From a virus (taxonomy: Duplodnaviria; Caudoviricetes): DNA of 53,391 nucleotides. Below the pieces are notes generated by a model. It made no database searches, was not told where the DNA came from, and saw nothing but the letters and a program-made list of their open reading frames with translations. Where the stretch lies: positions 1 through 53,391 of the IMG/VR virus record IMGVR_UViG_3300047409_000788; one strand, 5' to 3'. Positions within the stretch are counted from its first letter, which is position 1, and each line of letters opens with the position of its first letter. Positions 27,936-36,740 of the stretch are shown here, piece by piece. Both the position numbers and the translations under genes were made by a program.

Positions 27936-30023
27936 CTATCCGGGATCCATGTCAAACGCGCCCACGAGCGCAGGCTCCGCGTCCCAGTCTTCGTCGGGGG
28001 CAATAACCGGCTGCACCTCCCACGGCTCCTCGGGGGTGACGACCGGGGTCGCGGTCCAGGCGGTCGCCGTGAGTCCGGGGGCGATGGCCCACGGCCCGGC
28101 CAGGCTGAGCACGGGGGTGCAACTCCAGGTCCCTTCGATCAGCACCGTGCGGAAACCGACAAACACGGCCCAGAGCTGGGAGGCGTCCCCTTCCGTGCTG
28201 AGCGCCACGAGGCGGGTGAGTTGGTGCCCCAGGAGCGCCAGCGCGGCATCGATCGCCGTGGCGGCCCCCAGGAGGTCCCCCTTCACGATCGCCAGAGGGG
28301 ATGCCGTCGCGTCGTCAAGACTTCCCGTGAGCGGCACGAGCAGCGCGCGCGCCAGGGGCTGCCCGGCGTCCGTCTCCCCCGTGAGGGCCAGGCCCAGGAG
28401 TTTGGCGACGCTCATGGGCTGGCCGGTGGCCTGATCACTCGCCGGCCCGAGCAGGGCCTGCTTGATGTTCGCCAGTGTTTGCGCCACGTCACTGGCGAGT
28501 GCCGGCGCCACGAGGGCCGCCCCGGGGGCCGTAAGCACTTGGGAGGCGTCGGCCTCGGTGAGTTGGGCCACCAGCCGCGAGAGGGGACTGCTGGCCATCG
28601 CCTGCGCTGTCTCTAGCTCGGCGATGTGTGCCACCAGCCTGGTCAACGGCGTCCAGGCCAGGCTCTGGGCGGTCGCCGTCTCGGGAGCGCTCCCGAGCAA
28701 GCGGCTGCGCGGGGCGCTGGCGAGCCCTTGCGCCGTGTCCGTCTGCGTCAGGAACGCCAGCAAGCGGGTGAGCGGTGCCCAGGTGAAAAGCTGCGCCGTG
28801 TCCGTCGTCATGGCCTGGGCTACAAGGATGGCCCCTGGAGCCGTCATTCCCTGGGCGGTCTCGGTCGCCGTGAGCAGCCCGACCAGTCGCACCGGAGACC
28901 ACGCGAGGCTGAGCGCGGCGTCCAGGGCCAGCGACTGATCGAGCCCCAGGGTTTTGACGCGTGCCGCCGGCTGCGCCAGCTCGAAACTTCCGGCCTGCGT
29001 CAGCAGCGCGGTCTTCAGGGCGCTGACGCCCTGACCCACGGCTCCCTCGCTGGCCTGGAGGAGCAACCGGCTTAGCGGATTCTGGGTCAGACTCTGGGCC
29101 GTCTCGGTCGTCAGCACTTGCACCAGCAGGCGTGTCAACGGTCTCCACGCCAGGGTCTGGCCCGTCTCGGTCGCGTCCACCGCGGCCAGGAGCCGTGTCA
29201 GGGGTGTGGCCGTGAGACTCTGTGCGGTGGCCGTGGCCACGGCCTGCTGCAGCAAGCGGGTGAGTGGAGCCACGGCGGCCGCCGTGGCGGTATCGGTGGC
29301 CTGGACTTGGGTCACCAGGCGGACGAACGGCGTCCAGGCGAGACTCTGGGCGGTCGCGGTCGCGAGGGCCTGGGTGAGGAGCCGCGTCAACGGATTGGTG
29401 GACAGCGGTTGGCTGGTTTCGGTGCTACTGATCTGGGCAAGCAACGCCGTTTTGAGTGCCAGGCAGTTTTGGGCCGTGGCGGTCGCACTGGCTTGGCCCA
29501 GCACCACGGTCTTGAGGACGGTGCACGCTTGCGCCAGATCGGCGGCGAGGGTCTGCGTGACGAGGCGTATCTGAGGCGCGACCGCGTGCGGCTGCGCCGT
29601 GTCGGTTTCCAGCGGCTGGGCCACGGTACGGGCTTTGGGGCTCCAGGCATGTGCTTGGGCGGTGTCCGTTTCTAGGGGCTGTGCCGCTAGGCGACTGAGC
29701 GGGGTGATGGTGGTCACCTGCGCGGTGTCCGTCTCGATCGGCAGGGCTACGAGGCGGGTCTGCGGCGCCACCGCGTGTGGTTGCGCGGTATCGGTTTCTA
29801 GGGGTTGTGCCGCTAGCCGGCTCAATGGGCTCCAGGCCATCGTCTGGGCGGTGTCCGTCGCCACGGCTTGGATCACGAGCCGCGTGAGTGGGGTGACACT
29901 GAGGACTTGTGAAGCACCCGTCTCAGTCACTTGCCCGATCGTCAGCACGAGGGGGGCTTTGCTGGGAATAGCCCAGCGGCGCGGGCGCCCTCGACGAACC
30001 AATTTTTGCTTGATGAGCGGCAT
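27936..30023 (-). CDS. Repeat-rich fibre-like protein (about 20 repeats of ~23 aa, PLTRL..Q..ET.TAQ)
   Basis: Repeats visible in the translation; PLSRLAAQPLETDTAQ occurs twice exactly. Confidence 0.7.
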   Translation of the reverse strand: MPLIKQKLVRRGRPRRWAIPSKAPLVLTIGQVTETGASQVLSVTPLTRLVIQAVATDTAQTMAWSPLSRLAAQPLETDTAQPHAVAPQTRLVALPIETDTAQVTTITPLSRLAAQPLETDTAQAHAWSPKARTVAQPLETDTAQPHAVAPQIRLVTQTLAADLAQACTVLKTVVLGQASATATAQNCLALKTALLAQISSTETSQPLSTNPLTRLLTQALATATAQSLAWTPFVRLVTQVQATDTATAAAVAPLTRLLQQAVATATAQSLTATPLTRLLAAVDATETGQTLAWRPLTRLLVQVLTTETAQSLTQNPLSRLLLQASEGAVGQGVSALKTALLTQAGSFELAQPAARVKTLGLDQSLALDAALSLAWSPVRLVGLLTATETAQGMTAPGAILVAQAMTTDTAQLFTWAPLTRLLAFLTQTDTAQGLASAPRSRLLGSAPETATAQSLAWTPLTRLVAHIAELETAQAMASSPLSRLVAQLTEADASQVLTAPGAALVAPALASDVAQTLANIKQALLGPASDQATGQPMSVAKLLGLALTGETDAGQPLARALLVPLTGSLDDATASPLAIVKGDLLGAATAIDAALALLGHQLTRLVALSTEGDASQLWAVFVGFRTVLIEGTWSCTPVLSLAGPWAIAPGLTATAWTATPVVTPEEPWEVQPVIAPDEDWDAEPALVGAFDMDPG

Positions 30024-30043
30024 GGCGTCAGGTCCCTACGATC

Positions 30044-30760
30044 TCACGCGGTATACACTTTTTGTTGCACACGGCGCCACGGGTTGCGAAACCCTGGGAA
30101 GGAGGGGTGCGCCACGACCCCGGCGCTGCGGCGGGGCATCGTGGGCCGCAGCGACCAGGCAATCGGCGGGCCTTGTTCGGTCGCTAACGTGCCGCCGACG
30201 GTCCACGTCGCCCCATATTGGCTGACATCCGTATGCAGCAACATCGGATGCCAGGAAAGCAGATTTGCCGTCCGCACGGGCATATACACGCGCATTTCCG
30301 CTTTGATCTCATCGGCAGTCAACACGGCACTATAGACCTTGATCCCCGCGACCCGACAATTACAGGCATCACCCCCTTGATTGTTGCCGACATAGATGGA
30401 CGCTGCCGTGACGACCGCATCGGCCGTGAGTGTTTGATTCAACACCCCATCGCCATAGATCAGCAAGGCACCGGCGCCCGTCCCACTACACGTCATGGCC
30501 ATGTGATACCATGTGCCCGTCGTCAGCGTTGCGGCGCTGTAGCTCAGGCCACTATCATTAAAGGCCACCTGCTTCAGCGTTCCCGATACCCCCAGGCCCA
30601 GTGCATAAAAAGCCGTTGCGTTCCCAAAGCTCAACGCTGATTGAATGGCGGTGCCGCTATTGACGATCAAATTGACCCACGTCATGAGCGTACAGGCCGT
30701 GATCGTCGGCAACACCGTCGTGCGACTCAGGGAGTCGGTACTATCACAGCGGGCGGCCAT
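30044..30760 (-). CDS. LamG/concanavalin-A-like virion protein
   Basis: TLMTWVN, WYHMAMT, IYGDG, GIKVYSAVLTADEI. Confidence 0.8.
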   Translation of the reverse strand: MAARCDSTDSLSRTTVLPTITACTLMTWVNLIVNSGTAIQSALSFGNATAFYALGLGVSGTLKQVAFNDSGLSYSAATLTTGTWYHMAMTCSGTGAGALLIYGDGVLNQTLTADAVVTAASIYVGNNQGGDACNCRVAGIKVYSAVLTADEIKAEMRVYMPVRTANLLSWHPMLLHTDVSQYGATWTVGGTLATEQGPPIAWSLRPTMPRRSAGVVAHPSFPGFRNPWRRVQQKVYTA

Positions 30761-30763
30761 CGG

Positions 30764-31273
30764 TTACGTCTCTTTGCCCAGCAACGCCCAGGCTTCGGCA
30801 TTACCGGCCATGGTATCATTGGCATGGTTGGCTTCCCGCCGCACCCGCACGATGGCGAGTTCCCCATCCGCCCAGTTATCCATATCGGCCCCATTGGTAA
30901 ACGTGATGCTGCTATAGAGCGGGGTGCCGGAGGTGGCCGGCGCTGTGGCATCGAGCACGTTATAGTCGTAGGTCTGACTGGTATCAATATCTTCCGTGCT
31001 ATCGTTCAACCGCCGAATAGCAATCCCCCACCGCGTCACGTTCGTCGTGGCACTGGCGGCCGACCACGGAATGACAAACGTCAGCCCGCCGCCCCCATAC
31101 CCGCGTAAGGCACACAGAAAATCGAGATACCAGATCGTGGCGGCGTCAAACTGCCAGACGTTAAACCCCTCTGCCGGCGTGGAGCCCCCGACCCGCCGCC
31201 CGAGCACGGCAGAGAGCGACGTCGGGGGGAAAATCTCGATCACCTGCACGACCGGGTCGCCACTAGCCATCAC
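30764..31273 (-). CDS. Putative virion structural protein
   Basis: Translationally coupled in the operon; YGGGGLT..W..DGELAIVRVRR. Confidence 0.55.
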   Translation of the reverse strand: MMASGDPVVQVIEIFPPTSLSAVLGRRVGGSTPAEGFNVWQFDAATIWYLDFLCALRGYGGGGLTFVIPWSAASATTNVTRWGIAIRRLNDSTEDIDTSQTYDYNVLDATAPATSGTPLYSSITFTNGADMDNWADGELAIVRVRREANHANDTMAGNAEAWALLGKET

Positions 31274-31527
31274 GCCCCCTTGTCATAGCGCTTTTGCAGC
31301 ACGAGGCTGAAGATTAAGGCTTTCTGCGCCGCCGACAGTGCCCCCCGGCCTGGTTGCGGCAGGGCCGTATTGAAGGCGCTGGCATTGGTGACGACCCAAT
31401 CATCGACAGCATTGATGACGGCCCGGAGGTCCTGCTTGGTGATACTCACGGTGCCGAGGTCCAGGCGCCGCATCAGGTCTGCCCAACAGTCGACCCGGTC
31501 TCCATCCACTAAGGCTGCCATCGGCAT
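31270..31527 (-). CDS. Small putative structural protein
   Basis: RBS GAGGAGG; coupled to the next gene. Confidence 0.55.
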   Translation of the reverse strand: MPMAALVDGDRVDCWADLMRRLDLGTVSITKQDLRAVINAVDDWVVTNASAFNTALPQPGRGALSAAQKALIFSLVLQKRYDKGA

Positions 31528-31554
31528 TCCTCCTCTCCGGCCAGAACGGGGACC

Positions 31555-32040
31555 TCAGAACTCTTTGACAAACGCCGTGATTTCGATGGTGATATCATCG
31601 ATCACGGTGGACTCACAGCGCACTAACAAGACTTCACCCTGCCGGGCCGTCGGCGCCATATCATCGTCCCACCAGGGCGTCTCATACGGCGTTTGGCGAA
31701 TATTCCAGGCAAACTCTTCCATGATGGTACTCGTGCCGCTGGTCGTGGCCACGGTCGTATTGTTCGCCTCGGCGGTAAAGCCGGCGGCGACGTCCACGCC
31801 CGGATCATTCTTGATCGGCGTGACGGCCGAGCCGCCAGAGCCGGAGGTCACCGTCGCCGCCATATGGCGGATCGTGATGCGCAGGCTCTCTTCCGCTGAG
31901 TCCCCGAATTCTGAGCTTTGGGAGAGTTTCAGATAGACCAATTTGCACGGGCGATCATCTGCTGGGGTCAGTTCAAAAAGGTCCGAATCTGTCCCTGCTA
32001 GTGTTAATGTTCCTGTAAATGGCACCCTGTATATGCGCAT
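31555..32040 (-). CDS. Putative virion structural protein
   Basis: Thr/Ser-rich beta protein; AT-rich 5' part. Confidence 0.55.
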   Translation of the reverse strand: MRIYRVPFTGTLTLAGTDSDLFELTPADDRPCKLVYLKLSQSSEFGDSAEESLRITIRHMAATVTSGSGGSAVTPIKNDPGVDVAAGFTAEANNTTVATTSGTSTIMEEFAWNIRQTPYETPWWDDDMAPTARQGEVLLVRCESTVIDDITIEITAFVKEF

Positions 32041-32054
32041 GAGTACTAGTCTTT

Positions 32055-32315
32055 CTACCTCAGCCGGTGGGCAAAGCGCGGCAGCGGCTCCGCAAAATAG
32101 TCCAGCACTTCCGCCCGCAGTTCCGGCGCCAGGTCCCGGAGCATGCGGACGAGCACCCGTGCCTTGTGCGAGACATGCTTATCGTCATGCGCCAGGAGTT
32201 CCGCCGCGTCGAGCTGGCGCGGCCCCAGTACAGTGCCATCGCGCGCACGCAGTTCACAGCCTGCCGTACACACCGCAACGTAGACACGCGGGGGGCCTGG
32301 GGGTTTATGGGCCAT
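32055..32315 (-). CDS. Hypothetical protein
   Basis: RBS AAGGAG. Confidence 0.5.
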   Translation of the reverse strand: MAHKPPGPPRVYVAVCTAGCELRARDGTVLGPRQLDAAELLAHDDKHVSHKARVLVRMLRDLAPELRAEVLDYFAEPLPRFAHRLR

Positions 32316-32326
32316 ACGGACACTCC

Positions 32327-32788
32327 TTACACCTGGATACGTGGGTCAGCTAAGGAAACTTTATAGTCACATTGATAGGATATATCGGCCCCTGCTAATC
32401 GTTCGGTACTTTCTAGATATATATATTGCGCAGATTGCACTAACGTGTACTCTGCATACCCGCCCCGCTGGCTATCCACCTCCAGCACGCGTTGGACATC
32501 GCATATCAGGTCTTCGAGGCGATGGCCCGTGTCAGCGAGCGCCACGTCCACCCAAAGGCGCACCGTGAACAGGAATTCCCACCAGCGGGCGCCGACGCGT
32601 ATCTCCGTGGTGGCCGAGACGGGGATCAGGGACGCCGTGGGAAACGCAAAGGTTTCCAGGGGTGTCAGGTGCCCACGTGACACGGCGCCGATGTCCCAGG
32701 CGTAGCCACTGGCGATGGTGATGCCGGCCAGCGTGGTCAGGATGTTCTCCTGGAGGAGTTCGAGAATCGACGCTTGCGGTGCCGCCAC
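32327..32788 (-). CDS. Tail terminator (gpU/gp17-like)
   Basis: LAGITIASGY, FPTASL, DVQRVL..GG; position after the neck gene. Confidence 0.65.
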   Translation of the reverse strand: MAAPQASILELLQENILTTLAGITIASGYAWDIGAVSRGHLTPLETFAFPTASLIPVSATTEIRVGARWWEFLFTVRLWVDVALADTGHRLEDLICDVQRVLEVDSQRGGYAEYTLVQSAQYIYLESTERLAGADISYQCDYKVSLADPRIQV

Positions 32789-32797
32789 AAGGAATCC

Positions 32798-32826
32798 TTG
32801 TATTTAAGTACAAAATGATATATAAT
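32798..32826 (+). promoter_or_regulatory. Sigma70-type promoter for the antisense-oriented HNH gene
   Basis: TTGTAT-17nt-TATAAT. Confidence 0.7.
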
Positions 32827-32836
32827 TACAGACTAA

Positions 32837-32896
32837 TGCGGCACGCTGGAGCCTGATCCGTTTCAGTGCCCTCGCCCACAGACGAGGGACGCCGCA
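32837..32896 (+). ncRNA. Candidate c4/CI-like structured antisense leader RNA
   Basis: TGCGGC...GCCGCA closing stem with two internal hairpins; loops CCTGAT and CCCACAG are complementary to downstream ATCAG and two CTGTGG near the RBS. Confidence 0.45.
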
Positions 32897-32941
32897 GCCT
32901 CTTCCTCTGTGGTCACATAACCCGCTGTGGAGGGTATCAGA

Positions 32942-33670
32942 ATGAGCCGTAAGCCAACTACTCCAAGCACCGCCTGTCAATACTGTCAAAACCTTTTTGT
33001 TGCATGGCCTAGCAGTATCCAACGTGGCGGCGGAAAATTTTGTTCTAGGGAATGCCGCATATTGGCGAAACAGCCCGTGCCTAATATGGGTTGTTTGTAT
33101 TGCAAGCAGCCATTTTATGTATGCGAAAGTGATAAGGCAAAACGTAATGTCACCTATTGCTCTCGGCAATGTCGCGAAAAAGCACGCGGCACGCCTGAAG
33201 AACGGTTCTTGACAAATGTCAACCAGAACACTTGCCTTGGTGAAGAATGTGGTTGCCAGAAAGGTCTCGGCCATTGCTGGCCCTGGACAGGTGATTTTCA
33301 TACGGAAGGCTATGGCCGACTCTCGGTCAAAAACAAACATATCTTGACTCATCGTTTTGCTTTTGAACTGAGCAATGGCCCACTGCAACCAGGAGAATGC
33401 GCGTGCCATCACTGTGATAATCGCCCTTGTTGTCGCCCTAGCCATTTGTTTGCAGGTGATAAGCCTAAAAATGTTGCTGATGCTGTATATAAGAGACGAC
33501 ATTCCCATGGGGAAACTCATAACGTCGCAAAACTGCATGATCCAGATGTTTTTGCAATACGCGGCTTGCAAGGCAAGAGTTCTCAGTCTCAAGTAGCTAT
33601 TGAGTTTCATGTTTCGAGACAAACGATAGGCCGTATCTGGCGCCGTGAAATATGGAAACATCTACTCTAA
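32942..33670 (+). CDS. HNH homing endonuclease with N-terminal zinc ribbons and C-terminal HTH
   Basis: CQYC..FCSREC, CLYC..YCSRQC, CWPW..GYG..HR..CHHCDNRPCCRPSHL..N; AT-rich; opposite strand to the operon. Confidence 0.9.
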   Translation: MSRKPTTPSTACQYCQNLFVAWPSSIQRGGGKFCSRECRILAKQPVPNMGCLYCKQPFYVCESDKAKRNVTYCSRQCREKARGTPEERFLTNVNQNTCLGEECGCQKGLGHCWPWTGDFHTEGYGRLSVKNKHILTHRFAFELSNGPLQPGECACHHCDNRPCCRPSHLFAGDKPKNVADAVYKRRHSHGETHNVAKLHDPDVFAIRGLQGKSSQSQVAIEFHVSRQTIGRIWRREIWKHLL

Positions 33671-34284
33671 CCTTTCAAAACCTGGGCTATATTACTTTGC
33701 AAATCCGAGACAATGAGCGGAAGAAACTTGTCTACAGTAGGGCGAAGTGCTGGCCTTGGCTTAATCCGTACTTCAGACCTGAGCAAGAACAAGGGGCGAA
33801 TCTCTTTATTTCCTAGTCTTTCAAAAACTATCAAATTGCCTGCGCGGCTTCTCGCAATAAACGTATTCGGGAAGTCTCGGGGGCCGCCTTTCGCCACACC
33901 AGCCGCTGTGCGGGCTGCTGGCAAGGGAATAGCCAAAAATTTCCCTCGCGTAGGCCGGATAACGGTTTCGCTGCGCCCATCGATGCCCTCATGCACGCCC
34001 GCGTATGCGGCCACCCCTGTCCCGACATACCCGAGTGTCCCGGTCACCGTGTGCCCTGTGACCTGCACGCTGCTGCCCAGCGCTGCCCGCAAGGCCCCGG
34101 TCCTGACCGCCGTCGCCGTGGGCGTCGTGGCACTCGCACTGCGGTAGGTTGCCCGGGCATACGTCACGGCTTCGGTGAGGCGCCGGGTCAGGACCTGACC
34201 CGTGATCTCCACCAGGCGGTGCCCGGCCAGCGCATACTGCTCCCGTACATTGGCAACCCCTGTCATCTGTATCGTCCAGGGCAT
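33667..34284 (-). CDS. Neck/tail-completion protein (HK97 gp10-like)
   Basis: VRTGALR, YAGVHEG, IKPRPALRP motifs. Confidence 0.7.
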   Translation of the reverse strand: MPWTIQMTGVANVREQYALAGHRLVEITGQVLTRRLTEAVTYARATYRSASATTPTATAVRTGALRAALGSSVQVTGHTVTGTLGYVGTGVAAYAGVHEGIDGRSETVIRPTRGKFLAIPLPAARTAAGVAKGGPRDFPNTFIARSRAGNLIVFERLGNKEIRPLFLLRSEVRIKPRPALRPTVDKFLPLIVSDLQSNIAQVLKG

Positions 34285-34287
34285 CGG

Positions 34288-34509
34288 CTACTCCTTCCCG
34301 CTTCCCGTGAGGTGCGGCGGCGTCGACAACGAGGCTTGCAGGTCTTTGCACAGGAACATGATGCCGGACACCGTCGCTATCAGCCACGCGCCCGGCTTCA
34401 CCTGACCATCGCCGGTCATGGACCCGAGCAACAGCGTGCCCGCCCCCATCAGGCCCGTGGTGAGGGCGGATACCGCCATGCGCAGCAGCCGCGCCGTGTT
34501 CGGGGTCAT
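34288..34509 (-). CDS. Small two-TM membrane protein, possible holin
   Basis: Two hydrophobic stretches in 73 aa; start overlaps the upstream stop. Confidence 0.4.
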   Translation of the reverse strand: MTPNTARLLRMAVSALTTGLMGAGTLLLGSMTGDGQVKPGAWLIATVSGIMFLCKDLQASLSTPPHLTGSGKE

Positions 34510-34889
34510 GCGGGCGGCAGGCGGCGGCCCTGCATCTGCCAGAAAGGATACCCGGGCCCGCCCTGGGGATTCATGATCCGCCAATGGCTGCCATCGGCCC
34601 GGAGCACCTCATCAAAGGTGGTGACCGGCCAGGTGACCTCCTGGGTGGCGATCCGGAGCCGCCGGTCTTCCCGCAGGACGTGGGTGCTGCGGTCCCCTGC
34701 CGTGAGCCCCTGCAGGGCAATGACCTGCTCGCTATACTGCTCAAATTGGACGGACAGCCCTGGATAGTCGATCGGCGTGGCGGAGCTGTGCGTGCGCGAG
34801 CGATAGGTGACCGCTTCCCACCGAGCCGGGAGCACTTGCTGGACCATGGTGGCCATACGATCCATCAGGGCTTGGGTCAGGACTGGCAT
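34506..34889 (-). CDS. Head-closure protein (putative)
   Basis: Size and position after the adaptor; VTYRS..D.R..I..P..D..WRI. Confidence 0.6.
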   Translation of the reverse strand: MPVLTQALMDRMATMVQQVLPARWEAVTYRSRTHSSATPIDYPGLSVQFEQYSEQVIALQGLTAGDRSTHVLREDRRLRIATQEVTWPVTTFDEVLRADGSHWRIMNPQGGPGYPFWQMQGRRLPPA

Positions 34890-34893
34890 AAGG

Positions 34894-35415
34894 TTAGACC
34901 CGCAGCAAGGGGATATTCACGCCGCCGCTCATCGTGCCATAGCAGCGGAGGAGAAACCGCACCTCGGCAGGCATGCGCCGCCAGGGGGTCGCTGGGAGCC
35001 CCGCCGTGCGAAAGACGATGGTGGTATCCCCCGCTTTCACGGACGCCAGGGCGCCTTGCTCCTGCATCCCCACGTTTTCACTGGTGTCCCGGCGCAAGGC
35101 CAGCGCATAAAGGGCCGTCGCCAGTGCGATATCCGGAGGGATCGTGGTGGGGTCGAGCGGCCGGCCCAACGCATCCTGTTGGCCCGCCATAGGCCAGGGC
35201 AGGGCCTGGGTCAGGGTGGTGGGCCTGCCGTCCCAGAGTATATGCTCATTGAGGAGACGGGTTGCCCAGATCAGGGCCCGGGCGGAGTCCTCCATCCAGT
35301 CGTCGCCTGCGGTCCACGGCTCCGTGTGCAACCGGCCCGTGAGGAGATCGGTGGCGTGTTGCAAGGTCACATAGGAGTTGGCCAGCGGGCTGCCGGCGAT
35401 CGCAATGAGATCCAC
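34894..35415 (-). CDS. Head-tail adaptor (DnaT-like ssDNA-binding family)
   Basis: ANSYVT..A, ALIWATR, QALPWP, IPPDI. Confidence 0.75.
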   Translation of the reverse strand: MDLIAIAGSPLANSYVTLQHATDLLTGRLHTEPWTAGDDWMEDSARALIWATRLLNEHILWDGRPTTLTQALPWPMAGQQDALGRPLDPTTIPPDIALATALYALALRRDTSENVGMQEQGALASVKAGDTTIVFRTAGLPATPWRRMPAEVRFLLRCYGTMSGGVNIPLLRV

Positions 35416-35429
35416 ACTTCCTCCCTCCG

Positions 35430-35705
35430 CTACTTTTTCTCCGGGGGTTGCGGCCCACTCGGGTGCAGAGGGCTCGCGTGGACCTCTGGGACTTTCGCGG
35501 GGTCTGCGCCTTTGAGAGCGCCTTTCCCACTGGAGGCCGCCCCTTCGACATAGACGGGCCAGTCGGCGGGGTTATAGGCCAGGCCCTGCTGATACATATA
35601 CTGCGGCAAGCCTTCCCGGTAGTCGGCCTGATTAATAATCATGTAGCCTTCCGGTGTGTCCGGCCGGGCCACTTTCACCGTCGGTATTTGCTGATACTCG
35701 GCCAT
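35430..35705 (-). CDS. Small protein of the type usually encoded just after the major capsid gene
   Basis: IPTVKV..GYMIINQADY; RBS AGGAG; first gene of the leftward late operon. Confidence 0.55.
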   Translation of the reverse strand: MAEYQQIPTVKVARPDTPEGYMIINQADYREGLPQYMYQQGLAYNPADWPVYVEGAASSGKGALKGADPAKVPEVHASPLHPSGPQPPEKK

Positions 35706-35718
35706 GGGATGTTCTCCT

Positions 35719-35786
35719 AAAAAGGCGTGTGAGAGACCCCTCACTTTGAGCGAGGGGAGGCACACACGTGGCTCGCACGAGCCACA
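35719..35786 (-). terminator. Two hairpins ending in a T-run at the head of the late operon (possible attenuator)
   Basis: GTGGCTCG..CGAGCCAC then GTGTG..CCCCTC..GAGGGG..CACACGCCTTTTT on the minus strand. Confidence 0.4.
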
Positions 35787-36124
35787 ATCTTTGTTCAAGG
35801 TTTTTCATAGCTTTGTGTAGTCTTTGTTCACTGTTCCTAAACAAACCAATGTGGTATACTTTCTCTGTTGTGCCATGCTCTTTCTAATCCGTGTAGGTGG
35901 TTGGCTATCGGAGGGACAGCCGTAAAACACGTACCGTACCGTAGCACGCACATGAAGTATGGCGTCGCGCGACAGTTGTTCAGCCATCGGCTGGCTGTCC
36001 CACATGGACGCTCCACGATACTTCTTAACGCGCTTGTTGCTGGCGCGGGCGCCAACGGGACGAGAACTGTTGGTAAGTAAGAGACACGGCATAGGTCTCC
36101 CCTCGGGACGTCGAGGGCCGGTTT

Positions 36125-36161
36125 AGGGAATCCCCCGGATTTATCTGGGGGAGGACGTCAA
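36125..36161 (+). mobile_element. IS200/IS605-family right-end-like remnant (no tnpA/tnpB)
   Basis: GGAATCCCCCGGATTTATCTGGGGGAGGACGTCAA: subterminal hairpin followed by GGANGTCAA, as at tnpB element right ends. Confidence 0.55.
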
Positions 36162-36308
36162 GATCCCCTGGTAGCCCTCTGGCGTGCCCCGAGCCGCCCC
36201 CGCAACTGGCGTCCCTGGACCATCCTCGCACAAGAAATCCTTGTCTTCCGCGTGCCAAGCGTGTAAGGTTAGCGTACGCGGGTTGGTACGCTTGCCTGAG
36301 AGGTTTTT

Positions 36309-36740
36309 ATGACGCCTTTTACTGCTCCGCTCTCCTGGTTGCCGGCGGCGAACGATCCGTGGATGATCGCCCCGTGCGTCGTCACCGCCGCGACGGCGGC
36401 AGACTGGGATGCGGCCGTGCTCACCGATGCCGCGTATGAGCCGATCTGGCGCGAAGTCCTGGCCGCCACCGCTTGCCAAGGAGTCTCCACGCTCATGCAC
36501 CTTTGCTCTGATACGTGTCAGAGGCACTCCCATCTCCTCACCCAGGACCTGCACTGCCCCTGCGCCGCGAATGACGATGTGCTGGGCGGGGCCGCCGCCG
36601 TGGCCGTGCCCGTCGTCCAGCCGTCGGAGGGCAGCGCCTACGTCTGCCCGGCGCAGCATTGGCATCGCTGGCTCGTGGGAGCCGTCCTGTGTGCGCTGGT
36701 GCACCTCGGCGGGAGCCTGCTCGGCTGGAAACGGACGTGA
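36309..36740 (+). CDS. Hypothetical Cys-rich protein with C-terminal TM segment
   Basis: RBS GAGAGG; stop overlaps the terS start. Confidence 0.45.
   Translation: MTPFTAPLSWLPAANDPWMIAPCVVTAATAADWDAAVLTDAAYEPIWREVLAATACQGVSTLMHLCSDTCQRHSHLLTQDLHCPCAANDDVLGGAAAVAVPVVQPSEGSAYVCPAQHWHRWLVGAVLCALVHLGGSLLGWKRT

Noticed and set aside
32804-33661. 285-aa minus-strand ORF in line with the late operon
   Set aside because: Antisense shadow of the clear HNH gene
35805-36092. Short ORFs near the IS-like end as a TnpB remnant
   Set aside because: No RuvC or zinc-finger (DRD.NAA.NI) motifs recognisable in the translated frames
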